DNA of 27,572 nt from a virus. Below, in pieces: positions 1-8,591 of the stretch. The DNA is taken from UHGV virus genome UHGV-1358942; one strand, given 5' to 3'. Position numbers and translations under genes: made by a program. Each line of letters begins with the position of its first letter. Position 1 is the first letter of the stretch. The notes beneath the pieces were generated by a model, which had not been told where the DNA came from, did no database searches, and saw nothing but the letters and a program-made list of their open reading frames with translations.

Positions 1-1
1 T

Positions 2-202
2 GGTCAATACGTGATGGACGATGTTCAAGGCCACTGGCAAACGTGGCAGGCATCGAGAGCAGCTATTGAAATTGAGCTGCAAAAGCCAAAGAAAGGCCCA
101 CTTCCCGGTGATTATCACATTGGCTATGACTCAGGTGCAGAATCACAATACGAAAGCGATGTAGAGGCCATCCGCACTGCTGGAGTCAAAGTGAAGGAGT
201 GA
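2..202 (+). CDS. 3' end of an upstream early-region gene, truncated by the window start (product not recognised)
   Basis: Frame is open from position 2 to the TGA at 200-202; the ORF track shows the last 63 codons. Confidence 0.4.
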   Translation, partial: GQYVMDDVQGHWQTWQASRAAIEIELQKPKKGPLPGDYHIGYDSGAESQYESDVEAIRTAGVKVKE

Positions 203-204
203 GT

Positions 205-369
205 ATGAGCGCATACGAAGAAATCATGTTAGCCCTGCGATTCTTTTTCGGTGTGGAAGAAGATGAAAACGTAAATGAGATTATCGGGCAAGACCATGAC
301 CCGATAGGGACTATTGCAGCTGCACTTGACGATTACAGGAGCGTAAATGGTGAGGAAACTAACGTTTGA
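205..369 (+). CDS. Small hypothetical protein (54 aa)
   Basis: ATG 205 to TGA 367-369, packed between the upstream fragment and ninB. Absent from the ORF track because it is under 60 aa. Confidence 0.3.
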   Translation: MSAYEEIMLALRFFFGVEEDENVNEIIGQDHDPIGTIAAALDDYRSVNGEETNV

Positions 370-790
370 ACTAAGAAGCCCCATCCATCAGCAGAACGCC
401 ATTCAAGCTATCCAGAAAATTCTTCCAGACCCAACCAAACCAATCGTAGTAACCATTCAGGAACGCAACCGCAGCTTAGACCAAAACAGGAAGCTATGGG
501 CCTGCTTAGGTGACGTCTCTCGTCAGGTTGAATGGCATGGGCGTTGGCTGGATGCAGAAAGCTGGAAGTGTGTGTTTACCGCAGCATTAAAGCAGCAGGA
601 CGTTGTTCCTAACCTTGCCGGGAATGGCTTTGTGGTAATAGGCCAGTCAACCAGCAGGATGCGTGTAAGCGAATTTGCGGAGCTATTAGAGCTTATACAG
701 GCATTCGGTACAGAGCGTGGCGTTAAGTGGTCAGACGAAGCGCGACTGGCTCTGGAGTGGAAAGCGAGATGGGGAGACCGGGCAGCATGA
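347..790 (+). CDS. ninB: NinB (Orf-family recombination mediator)
   Basis: 147 aa, near-identical over its length to lambda NinB as I recall it (e.g. [29 protein letters not shown]). Confidence 0.9.
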   Translation: MVRKLTFELRSPIHQQNAIQAIQKILPDPTKPIVVTIQERNRSLDQNRKLWACLGDVSRQVEWHGRWLDAESWKCVFTAALKQQDVVPNLAGNGFVVIGQSTSRMRVSEFAELLELIQAFGTERGVKWSDEARLALEWKARWGDRAA

Positions 791-960
791 TGCGATGTTA
801 TCGGTGCGGTGAATGCAAAGAAGATAACCGCTTCCGACCAAATCAACCTTACTGGAATCGATGGTGTCTCCGGTGTGAAAGAACACCAACAGGGGTGTTA
901 CCACTACCGCAGGAAAAGGAGGACGTGTGGCGAGACAGCGACGAAGTATCACCGACATAA
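787..960 (+). CDS. ninD: NinD-like small zinc-ribbon protein
   Basis: ATG 787 overlaps the ninB stop (ATGA). 57 aa starting [11 protein letters not shown] with a CxxC...CxxC pattern. The ORF-track entry 727..960 carries an unlikely N-terminal extension. Confidence 0.7.
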
Positions 961-1103
961 TATGCGAAAACTGCAAATACCTTCCAACGAAACGCTCCAG
1001 AAATAAACGCAAGCCAATCCCAAAAGAATCTGACGTAAAAACATTCAATTACACTGCTCACCTGTGGGATATCCGGTGGCTAAGACATCGTGCGAGGAAA
1101 TGA
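927..1103 (+). CDS. ninE: NinE-like protein
   Basis: GTG 927 preceded by GGAGG at 918-922. 58 aa basic protein ([44 protein letters not shown]) resembling lambda NinE. Not in the ORF track (short, GTG start). Confidence 0.65.
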
Positions 1104-1465
1104 CAATGGATTATTCACAGTTAAGTGATTTTGAAATTAACAAGCGAGTGGCAATTTGCTGTGGATTTGCTCCCGAAGATTGCGAAATCGCAAAGTTGGG
1201 AACATCAATCGTTGGTGTTGAGTGGGATGACGAAACTGGTTATGCAATAAAAACGGTTGATTACTGTAAAAGCCCATCAGACGCAGAGCCGATTATCGTA
1301 GAGAACAGAATTGGCATTATTCCAGCGCCAGAAAATGGATTATGGAAGGCAGCGCATAGAAAAGTTGGCAGTGATAGTACCCCATATCATATGACTCAAG
1401 ATGAAAACCCACTCCGCGCCGCCATGATTGTCTTTCTCATGATGCAGGACGCCAATAATGCTTAG
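1100..1465 (+). CDS. NinX-like protein (DUF2591-type phage protein)
   Basis: ATG 1100 overlaps the ninE stop (ATGA). 121 aa, sitting between ninE and ninF as ninX does in P22. The ORF-track start at 1064 is an upstream extension. Confidence 0.55.
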
Positions 1466-1634
1466 CCCATCCCAATCCCTTCAATACCAGAAAGAAAGCG
1501 TCGAGCGAGCTTTAACGTGCGCTAACTGCGGTCAGAAGCTGCATGTGCTGGAAGTTCACGTGTGTGAGCACTGTTGCGCAGAACTGATGAGCGATCCGAA
1601 TAGCTCAATGTACGAGGAAGAAGACGATGAATGA
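1458..1634 (+). CDS. ninF: NinF
   Basis: 58 aa, [40 protein letters not shown]..., matching lambda NinF as recalled; Cys-rich. Confidence 0.8.
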   Translation: MLSPSQSLQYQKESVERALTCANCGQKLHVLEVHVCEHCCAELMSDPNSSMYEEEDDE

Positions 1635-2349
1635 GTTAATAAATGGCAATGCCATCAAAATGACAAGCATTGAAATCGCTGAGTTGGTGGGAAGTCGTCA
1701 TGACAAGGTGAAACAATCTATTGAACGACTGGCGGCTCGAGGTGTGATCCGAAATCCCCCAATGGTGGTTTTCGAAAAAATCAATAACTTAGGATTACTT
1801 CGTGGCGTAGAGGCTTACGTTTTTGAGGGCGAACAAGGTAAGCGAGACAGTATTGTCGTTGTAGCCCAGTTGTCGCCGGAATTCACCGCTCGTCTTGTTG
1901 ACCGTTGGCGAGAGCTTGAAGAAACTGCGGTTAATATCCCCAAAACGCTACCGGAAGCGTTGCGCCTTGCTGCTGATCTTGCTGAGCAGAAAATGCAACT
2001 GGAAAACCAGCTCGCAATTGCCGCACCTAAAGTTGAGTTTGCCGATCGCGTTGGCGAGGCCAGCGGAATTTTGATTGGAAACTTTGCAAAGGTTGTCGGT
2101 ATTGGTCCAAACAAACTGTTTGCGTGGATGCGCGATCACAAAATCCTTATTGCTTCAGGTTCCCGGCGCAATGTGCCAATGCAGGAATATATGGATCGCG
2201 GCTATTTCACAGTGAAAGAAACAGCGGTCAACACAAATCACGGAATACAGATATCGTTCACCACAAAAATCACCGGGCGTGGTCAACAGTGGCTGACCAG
2301 AAAGCTGCTCGATAACGGAATGCTGAAAGTAACAGGGGAGGCTGCTTAA
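1627..2349 (+). CDS. Antirepressor-like protein with Rha/AntA N-terminal and KilA-C/ANT C-terminal domains (Roi-like)
   Basis: 240 aa. N-terminal TSIEIAELVGSRHDKV motif typical of Rha/AntA HTH domains; C-terminal half resembles the Ant/KilAC domain. Confidence 0.7.
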   Translation: MNELINGNAIKMTSIEIAELVGSRHDKVKQSIERLAARGVIRNPPMVVFEKINNLGLLRGVEAYVFEGEQGKRDSIVVVAQLSPEFTARLVDRWRELEETAVNIPKTLPEALRLAADLAEQKMQLENQLAIAAPKVEFADRVGEASGILIGNFAKVVGIGPNKLFAWMRDHKILIASGSRRNVPMQEYMDRGYFTVKETAVNTNHGIQISFTTKITGRGQQWLTRKLLDNGMLKVTGEAA

Positions 2350-2639
2350 TGGCTAACCTACGCAAAGAAGCGCGCGGCAGAGAATGCCAGGTACGTATTT
2401 ACGGAATATGCAATGGTAATCCTGAAACTACAGTTCTGGCACATTACCGGATGGCTGGAATTTGCGGAACGGGAATGAAGCCTGACGACCTGATCGGCGC
2501 ATGGGCTTGTAGTGACTGCCACGCGGAGATCGACCGACGCACCCGGATTCTCGACAACAAAGACGCCAGACTTTACCACCTCGAAGGCGTGATCAGGACG
2601 CAGGCGATACTGCTGAAGGAGGGGAAGATTAAGTCATGA
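2349..2639 (+). CDS. ybcO: DUF1364 family protein (YbcO-like putative nuclease)
   Basis: 96 aa, Cys/His-rich (CQVR..CNGNPE..CSDCH), resembling DLP12 prophage YbcO. Start overlaps the preceding stop (TAATG). Confidence 0.75.
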   Translation: MANLRKEARGRECQVRIYGICNGNPETTVLAHYRMAGICGTGMKPDDLIGAWACSDCHAEIDRRTRILDNKDARLYHLEGVIRTQAILLKEGKIKS

Positions 2640-2998
2640 ACGAATATCAGTTTGTGCTCCCATACCCGCCGTCGGTGAACACCTACTGGCGAAGACGGGG
2701 AAGCCAATACTACATCAGCGATAAAGGCCAGAAATACCGAAAAGACGTTCAGCAAATCATCCGCCAACTTAAGTTAGACATTTTCACCAAATCACGACTC
2801 CGCATCAAAGTCATCGCAGACGTTCCAGACTCCCGCCGCCGCGACCTCGATAACATCCTGAAAGGTTTACTCGACTCCCTTATCCACGCCGGATTTGCGG
2901 AAGACGACGAGCAATTCGATGACATTCGCGTAATTCGTGGTGTGAAAGTACCAGGCGGACGGCTTGGAATAAAAATCACCGAACTGGAGAACGTATGA
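2636..2998 (+). CDS. rusA: RusA Holliday junction resolvase
   Basis: 120 aa with the RRRDLDN motif and overall similarity to E. coli RusA; ATGA overlap with the upstream gene. Confidence 0.9.
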   Translation: MNEYQFVLPYPPSVNTYWRRRGSQYYISDKGQKYRKDVQQIIRQLKLDIFTKSRLRIKVIADVPDSRRRDLDNILKGLLDSLIHAGFAEDDEQFDDIRVIRGVKVPGGRLGIKITELENV

Positions 2999-3183
2999 AC
3001 GCCACAATTCAAACGATACCAGAGCTTCTTATCCAGACACGAGGCAATCAGACCGAAGTGGCGAGGATGCTTTCCTGCGCAAGAGGAACAGTGCTCAAGT
3101 ACAACCGAGACAGCAAAGGCGAGCGTCACGTAATAGTTAACGGCGTCCTGATGGTCAAACAGGGCAAGAGGGGAAGACGATGA
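2995..3183 (+). CDS. ninH: NinH-like protein
   Basis: 62 aa (TIPELLIQTRGNQTEVARMLSCARGTVLKY) similar to lambda NinH. Confidence 0.7.
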   Translation: MNATIQTIPELLIQTRGNQTEVARMLSCARGTVLKYNRDSKGERHVIVNGVLMVKQGKRGRR

Positions 3184-3803
3184 GACTCGAAAGCGTAGCT
3201 AAATTTCATTCGCCAAAAAGCCCGATGATGAGCGACTCACCACGGGCCACGGCTTCTGACTCTCTTTCCGGTACTGATGTGATGGCTGCTATGGGGATGG
3301 CGCAATCACAAGCCGGATTCGGAATGGCTGCATTCTGCGGTAAGCATGAACTCAGCCAGAACGACAAACAAAAGGCTATCAACTATCTGATGCAATTTGC
3401 ACACAAGGTATCGGGGAAATACCGTGGTGTGGCAAAGCTTGAAGGAAATACTAAGGCAAAGGTACTGCAAGTGCTCGCAACATTCGCTTATGCGGATTAT
3501 TGCCGTAGTGCCGCGACGCCGGGCGCAAGATGCAGAGATTGTCACGGTACAGGCCGTGCGGTTGATATAGCAAAAACAGAGCAGTGGGGGAGAGTTGTTG
3601 AGAAAGAATGCGGAAGATGCAAAGGTGTCGGCTATTCAAGAATGCCAGCAAGCGCCGCATATCGCGCTGTAACGATGCTAATCCCAAACCTTACCCAACC
3701 CACCTGGTCACGCACTGTTAAGCCGCTGTATGACGCTCTGGTGGTGCAATGCCACAAAGAAGAGTCAATCGCAGACAACATTTTGAACGCGGTCACACGT
3801 TAG
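3180..3803 (+). CDS. Q: Late-gene antiterminator Q (lambda type)
   Basis: 207 aa, essentially identical to lambda Q as recalled, with the zinc-finger CRDCHGTG...CGRCKG. Confidence 0.95.
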   Translation: MRLESVAKFHSPKSPMMSDSPRATASDSLSGTDVMAAMGMAQSQAGFGMAAFCGKHELSQNDKQKAINYLMQFAHKVSGKYRGVAKLEGNTKAKVLQVLATFAYADYCRSAATPGARCRDCHGTGRAVDIAKTEQWGRVVEKECGRCKGVGYSRMPASAAYRAVTMLIPNLTQPTWSRTVKPLYDALVVQCHKEESIADNILNAVTR

Positions 3804-3845
3804 CAGCATGATTGCCACGGATGGCAACATATTAACGGCATAATA

Positions 3846-3874
3846 TTGACTTTTTGAATAAAGTTGGGTAAATT
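3846..3874 (+). promoter_or_regulatory. Late promoter pR'-like with qut region
   Basis: TTGACT (3846-3851), 17 bp spacer, TAAATT (3869-3874). Sequence through about 3895 nearly matches lambda pR'/qut as recalled. Confidence 0.75.
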
Positions 3875-3909
3875 TGACTCAACGATGGATAAATGCACTC
3901 GTTAAATAA

Positions 3910-3942
3910 AGCCCTGAGTTAATAGCTCGGGGCTTTTTGCGT
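3910..3942 (+). terminator. tR'-like intrinsic terminator
   Basis: 9 bp stem (3910-3918 pairs 3926-3934, one G-U) followed by TTTTTGCGTTTT, about 30-60 nt downstream of the predicted pR' start. Confidence 0.65.
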
Positions 3943-4235
3943 TTTAAGCACGGCCTTTCTGAAAGCACATCAAACCAAATACCAGACAGACCAAAATAAT
4001 CACCTTATCCGCTGTGGCTACGGTGCGGTGTGCTTTGCATAAAAGAAAACCAGCTCAATGGCTGGCTTCGTGAAAGCGGGTGGCAGGAGGTTGCGCTAAC
4101 AACCTCATGCCGTTTTGCCCGTGCATATCGGTCACGAACAAATCTGATTACTAAACACAGTAGCCTGGATTTGTTCTATCAGAAATCGACCTTATTCCTA
4201 ATTAAATAGAGCAGATCCCCTTCTGGGGGTAAGAC

Positions 4236-4559
4236 ATGAAGATGCCAGAAAAACATGACCTGTTAGCCGCCATTCTCGCGGCAAAGGAACAAGGCATCGG
4301 GGCAATCCTTGCGTTTGCAATGGCGTACCTTCGCGGCAGATATAATGGCGGTGCGTTTACAAAAACAGTAATCGACGCAACGATGTGCGCCATTATCGCC
4401 TGGTTCATTCGTGACCTTCTCGACTTCGCCGGACTAAGTAGCAATCTCGCTTATATAACGAGCGTGTTTATCGGCTACATCGGTACTGACTCGATTGGTT
4501 CGCTTATCAAACGCTTCGCTGCTAAAAAAGCCGGAGTAGAAGATGGTGGAAATCAATAA
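4236..4559 (+). CDS. S: Holin S (lambda type, with Met1/Met3 dual start)
   Basis: 107 aa starting [22 protein letters not shown], essentially identical to lambda S. Confidence 0.95.
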   Translation: MKMPEKHDLLAAILAAKEQGIGAILAFAMAYLRGRYNGGAFTKTVIDATMCAIIAWFIRDLLDFAGLSSNLAYITSVFIGYIGTDSIGSLIKRFAAKKAGVEDGGNQ

Positions 4560-5019
4560 TCAACGTAAGGCGTTCCTCGATATGCTAGCGTGGTCAGAGG
4601 GAACAGATAACGGACGTCAGAAAACCAGAAATCATGGTTATGACGTCATTGTTGGCGGAGAGCTATTCACTGATTACTCAGATCACCCTCGCAAACTTGT
4701 CACGCTAAACCCCAAACTCAAATCAACAGCAGCCGGACGTTACCAGCTTCTTTCCCGTTGGTGGGATGCCTATCGTAAGCAGCTTGTCCTGAAAGACTTC
4801 TCTCCCAAAAGCCAGGACGCTGTGGCACTGCAACAGATTAAAGAGCGTGGCGCTTTACCGATGATTGACCGCGGTGATATTCGTCAGGCAATCGACCGTT
4901 GCAGCAATATCTGGGCTTCACTGCCGGGCGCTGGTTATGGTCAGTTCGAGCATAAGGCTGACAGCCTGATTGCAAAATTCAAAGAAGCAGGCGGAACGGT
5001 CAGAGAGATTGAGGTATGA
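4543..5019 (+). CDS. R: Endolysin R (lambda-type lytic transglycosylase)
   Basis: 158 aa starting [26 protein letters not shown], near-identical to lambda R. Confidence 0.95.
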   Translation: MVEINNQRKAFLDMLAWSEGTDNGRQKTRNHGYDVIVGGELFTDYSDHPRKLVTLNPKLKSTAAGRYQLLSRWWDAYRKQLVLKDFSPKSQDAVALQQIKERGALPMIDRGDIRQAIDRCSNIWASLPGAGYGQFEHKADSLIAKFKEAGGTVREIEV

Positions 5020-5474
5020 GCAGAGTCACCGCGATTATCTCCGCTCTGGTTATCTGCATCATCGTTTGCCTGTCATGGGCTGTTAATCATTACCGTGATA
5101 ATGCCATCGCCTACAAAGAACAGCGTGATAAAAAAGTCAGTGAGCTGAAGCAGGCGACCGCCACCATCTCTGACATGCAGCAGCGTCAGCGTGATGTTGC
5201 AGAACTTGACGCCAGATACACAAAGGAGCTTGCTGATGCTAACGCGACTATCGAAAGTCTCCGTGCTGATGTTTCTGCTGGTCGTAAGCGCCTGCAAGTC
5301 GCCGCCACCTGTGCAAAGTCAACGACCGGAGCCAGCGGCATGGGCGATGGAGAAAGCCCAAGACTTACAGCAGATGCTGAACTCAATTATTACCGTCTCA
5401 GAAGTGGAATCGATAGGATAACCGCGCAGGTTAACTACCTGCAGGAATACATCAGGACTCAGTGCCTGAAATAA
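5016..5474 (+). CDS. Rz: Spanin inner-membrane subunit Rz (i-spanin)
   Basis: 152 aa. First ~31 aa identical to lambda Rz, remainder homologous but diverged. Confidence 0.9.
   Translation: MSRVTAIISALVICIIVCLSWAVNHYRDNAIAYKEQRDKKVSELKQATATISDMQQRQRDVAELDARYTKELADANATIESLRADVSAGRKRLQVAATCAKSTTGASGMGDGESPRLTADAELNYYRLRSGIDRITAQVNYLQEYIRTQCLK
5236..5421 (+). CDS. Rz1: Spanin outer-membrane lipoprotein subunit Rz1 (o-spanin), embedded in Rz
   Basis: +1 frame inside Rz. AAGGAG 7 nt upstream of ATG 5236; lipobox VSAC then a Pro-rich segment; 61 aa. The ORF-track entry 5191..5421 is trimmed to this start. Confidence 0.75.
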   Translation: MLTRLSKVSVLMFLLVVSACKSPPPVQSQRPEPAAWAMEKAQDLQQMLNSIITVSEVESIG

Positions 5475-5505
5475 TTTTTTTGCAAATCACAAAGTCCATT
5501 TAATG

Positions 5506-5530
5506 AGCCTCGCGATGCGGGGCTTTTTTT
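5506..5530 (+). terminator. Intrinsic terminator downstream of the lysis cassette
   Basis: AGCCTCGC-gat-GCGGGGCT hairpin followed by seven T. Confidence 0.6.
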
Positions 5531-5679
5531 ACATCTGAATTTCACAGCGCATCTCACGCGCATATTACATCACCCGAGCCTTTCAGAAAGTTGAGCCTGA
5601 GAACTGCCGTATATGGTGGCGACCATCTCGGGGCGGCTTTTCTGTGAGACAGGCTCACTTTCTAAAAGGTAAAGACGCT

Positions 5680-6198
5680 ATGAATCATCAATTGGCTAAT
5701 CTCGATTTCCGGGACATGGTGGTTGTTTCTGGTGATCGCGTGATCACAACCTCCCGCAAGGTAGCAGCTTACTTCGACAAGCAGCATCACCACATCATTC
5801 AGAAAATCGAAAAGCTAGACTGTTCGGATGAATTTCTAACCAGCAACTTTTCGCGGGTTACCTATGAACACAAGGGTAATCAGTATGTTGAATATGAAAT
5901 TTCCAAAGACGGTGCGATGTACATCATCATGTCGTTTACCGGCAAAAAAGCTGCCGCCATCAAAGAGGCGTTTATCAAAGCATTTAATTGGATGCGTGAC
6001 AGGCTGATGGAGATGGCTCACTCATACCAAAGAGAGCACAACGAGTTAATGCTGGAGTTCATGAAGGAAAAGGATGTTGCCAGTATGTCAGGACGCTTGC
6101 TGAACCGCTGGGGCAGGATCAAAAAACCTCAACTCATAGCAAGAATCGAAAGGCTTGAGCAGCAGGCGCAAATATCGATCCCCGGACTGCCAAAGTGA
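5680..6198 (+). CDS. rha: Rha family phage regulatory protein
   Basis: N-terminal TTSRKVAAYFDKQHHHIIQKI motif typical of Rha. Start chosen at ATG 5680; the ORF track begins at an upstream GTG (5644) with no good RBS. Confidence 0.8.
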   Translation: MNHQLANLDFRDMVVVSGDRVITTSRKVAAYFDKQHHHIIQKIEKLDCSDEFLTSNFSRVTYEHKGNQYVEYEISKDGAMYIIMSFTGKKAAAIKEAFIKAFNWMRDRLMEMAHSYQREHNELMLEFMKEKDVASMSGRLLNRWGRIKKPQLIARIERLEQQAQISIPGLPK

Positions 6199-6492
6199 CC
6201 ATTACAAAGCCTATCTACGGGTGGGCTTGATAATGAAACCGGAATTTATTCTGGGCAACCAGTTACGGCAGTACCGCGAAACAACCCAAGCCAGTAAGTG
6301 GGGAAATAACACTGGCAGCCACTGAAAGATGAACCTCCAGCCTTATGGCAAAAAAGATTCTTTGTGGTGGCGGACTGATGGAAAGACATCGGTTATTGCA
6401 GAGACCATTCAATGAGTGGTCTCGACAATGGCTTATACCCTACACGGGATAACTTAACTGATATCCCTTTTAACGGATAAACGGAGCCAACA

Positions 6493-6735
6493 ATGGCAGA
6501 GATTATTCCCATGACTGAAGAACAGAAATTCCAGTTAGAGATTTACAAGCTGGTCATGAACCAGAACGCAGCCGCAGAGGAAGCGTTTCAATTCATTGGC
6601 ACTGACGAGCTGAAGCTTGAGCTATTCAAAATTCACTTCCAGTCAGGCGGCGCTAATTCAGATATCACGACCCGCACTATCGAAGCGGTGCGTAAATCGA
6701 AGGAAGCGTTAGACCTGTTCACTACCGGAGCATAA
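6493..6735 (+). CDS. Hypothetical protein (80 aa) upstream of the small terminase
   Basis: Clean ORF ending 3 nt before the small terminase start; product not recognised. Confidence 0.45.
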   Translation: MAEIIPMTEEQKFQLEIYKLVMNQNAAAEEAFQFIGTDELKLELFKIHFQSGGANSDITTRTIEAVRKSKEALDLFTTGA

Positions 6736-6737
6736 AC

Positions 6738-7178
6738 ATGGCGCGCCCAACAAAGTATCAAGAGGCGTATGCCGAACAGGCACGCAAACTGTGCTTGCTG
6801 GGCTATACAGACGCAGAACTTGCTGATTTCTTTGAAGTCAGTGAGTCAACTATTAACAAGTGGAAGCTTGATTATCCTAAGTTTTCGGAGTCCATAAAAA
6901 AGGGTAAGGCCGTCGCTGATGCAGAAGTTAGTGACCGTCTTTATCAACGCGCTATGGGCTTCGTGGCTCCAGACATCGATATTCGTGTTATTGAAAACAG
7001 AATTGTCGAAACTCCGCTTGAGAAGTATTACCCTCCTGATACAACCGCCGCCATCTTCTGGCTTAAGAACCGACAGAAGGATAAATGGCGCGACAAGGTT
7101 GATCACGAGCTAACAGGCAAAGACGGCGGCGCAATTCAGATTGAAACATCACCGATGAGCACTCTATTCGGAAAATGA
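6738..7178 (+). CDS. Terminase small subunit (Sf6 gp1-like)
   Basis: 146 aa. C-terminus ELTGKDGGAIQIETSPMSTLFGK matches the Sf6-type small terminase as recalled; HTH-like N-terminus. Confidence 0.85.
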   Translation: MARPTKYQEAYAEQARKLCLLGYTDAELADFFEVSESTINKWKLDYPKFSESIKKGKAVADAEVSDRLYQRAMGFVAPDIDIRVIENRIVETPLEKYYPPDTTAAIFWLKNRQKDKWRDKVDHELTGKDGGAIQIETSPMSTLFGK

Positions 7179-8590
7179 CCTCGATTAATCCTATCTTTGA
7201 ACCGTTCATTGAGGCGCATCGCTACAAAGTCGCCAAAGGCGGTCGAGGTAGCGGCAAGTCATGGGCAATCGCGAGGCTGCTTGTTGAAGCGGCGCGTCGG
7301 CAGCCGGTGCGTATTCTCTGCGCTCGTGAACTGCAAAACAGTATCAGCGATTCGGTAATCCGGTTGCTTGAAGATACCATCGAGCGTGAAGGGTATTCGG
7401 CTGAGTTTGAAATTCAGCGTTCCATGATTCGTCATCTCGGAACTAATGCTGAATTCATGTTCTACGGCATAAAAAACAACCCGACGAAGATTAAATCGCT
7501 CGAAGGCATTGATATCTGCTGGGTGGAAGAAGCGGAAGCGGTAACAAAGGAATCGTGGGATATCCTGATACCAACCATCCGCAAGCCGTTTTCCGAAATA
7601 TGGGTGAGCTTTAACCCGAAGAACATCCTCGACGATACCTATCAGCGATTCGTCGTAAATCCTCCTGATGATATTTGTCTGCTGACGGTGAACTACACCG
7701 ACAACCCGCACTTTCCTGAAGTTCTCCGTCTGGAGATGGAAGAGTGTAAACGCAGAAACCCGACACTGTATCGTCACATCTGGCTTGGTGAGCCGGTAAG
7801 CGCAAGTGATATGGCAATCATCAAACGTGAATGGCTTGAAGCCGCAACCGATGCGCACAAGAAACTCGGATGGAAAGCGAAAGGCGCTGTTGTTTCTGCA
7901 CATGACCCATCAGATACAGGGCCGGATGCCAAAGGTTATGCATCGCGCCACGGTTCGGTAGTTAAGCGCATTGCCGAAGGTCTGCTGATGGACATCAACG
8001 AGGGTGCTGACTGGGCAACTTCGCTGGCGATTGAAGACGGTGCTGACCATTACCTGTGGGATGGTGATGGTGTTGGTGCCGGGCTACGCAGACAGACAAC
8101 GGAAGCGTTCTCCGGCAAGAAAATCACCGCCACGATGTTCAAGGGCAGCGAATCGCCATTCGATGAAGATGCTCCGTATCAGGCCGGAGCATGGGCTGAT
8201 GAAGTCGTACAGGGTGACAACGTTCGCACTATTGGTGATGTGTTCCGCAATAAGCGAGCACAATTCTATTACGCGCTGGCTGACAGGCTGTATCTGACAT
8301 ATCGGGCGGTTGTTCACGGTGAGTATGCAGACCCCGACGACATGCTGAGTTTCGACAAAGAAGCGATAGGCGAGAAGATGCTGGAGAAGCTGTTTGCAGA
8401 ACTGACGCAGATTCAGCGCAAATTCAATAACAACGGGAAGCTGGAGCTAATGACTAAGGTCGAAATGAAGCAGAAGCTCGGTATTCCATCTCCTAACCTG
8501 GCTGATGCGTTGATGATGTGTATGCATTGCCCGGAGTCGGTTGCGCAACCAGACTATTCCAGTTACTCAATTCCTTGTGGTGTAGGTTGA
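7175..8590 (+). CDS. Terminase large subunit
   Basis: 471 aa with Walker A GGRGSGKS near the N-terminus; ATGA overlap with the small subunit. Confidence 0.9.
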   Translation: MTSINPIFEPFIEAHRYKVAKGGRGSGKSWAIARLLVEAARRQPVRILCARELQNSISDSVIRLLEDTIEREGYSAEFEIQRSMIRHLGTNAEFMFYGIKNNPTKIKSLEGIDICWVEEAEAVTKESWDILIPTIRKPFSEIWVSFNPKNILDDTYQRFVVNPPDDICLLTVNYTDNPHFPEVLRLEMEECKRRNPTLYRHIWLGEPVSASDMAIIKREWLEAATDAHKKLGWKAKGAVVSAHDPSDTGPDAKGYASRHGSVVKRIAEGLLMDINEGADWATSLAIEDGADHYLWDGDGVGAGLRRQTTEAFSGKKITATMFKGSESPFDEDAPYQAGAWADEVVQGDNVRTIGDVFRNKRAQFYYALADRLYLTYRAVVHGEYADPDDMLSFDKEAIGEKMLEKLFAELTQIQRKFNNNGKLELMTKVEMKQKLGIPSPNLADALMMCMHCPESVAQPDYSSYSIPCGVG

Positions 8591-8591
8591 T

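Noticed and set aside
727-960. 77 aa version of the ninD ORF starting at 727
   Set aside because: The first 20 codons lie inside ninB in another frame; the ATGA-coupled start at 787 gives the lambda NinD-like 57 aa product.
7259-7903. 214 aa ORF on the minus strand
   Set aside because: Antisense to the large terminase gene (Walker A present in the + frame); no independent support.
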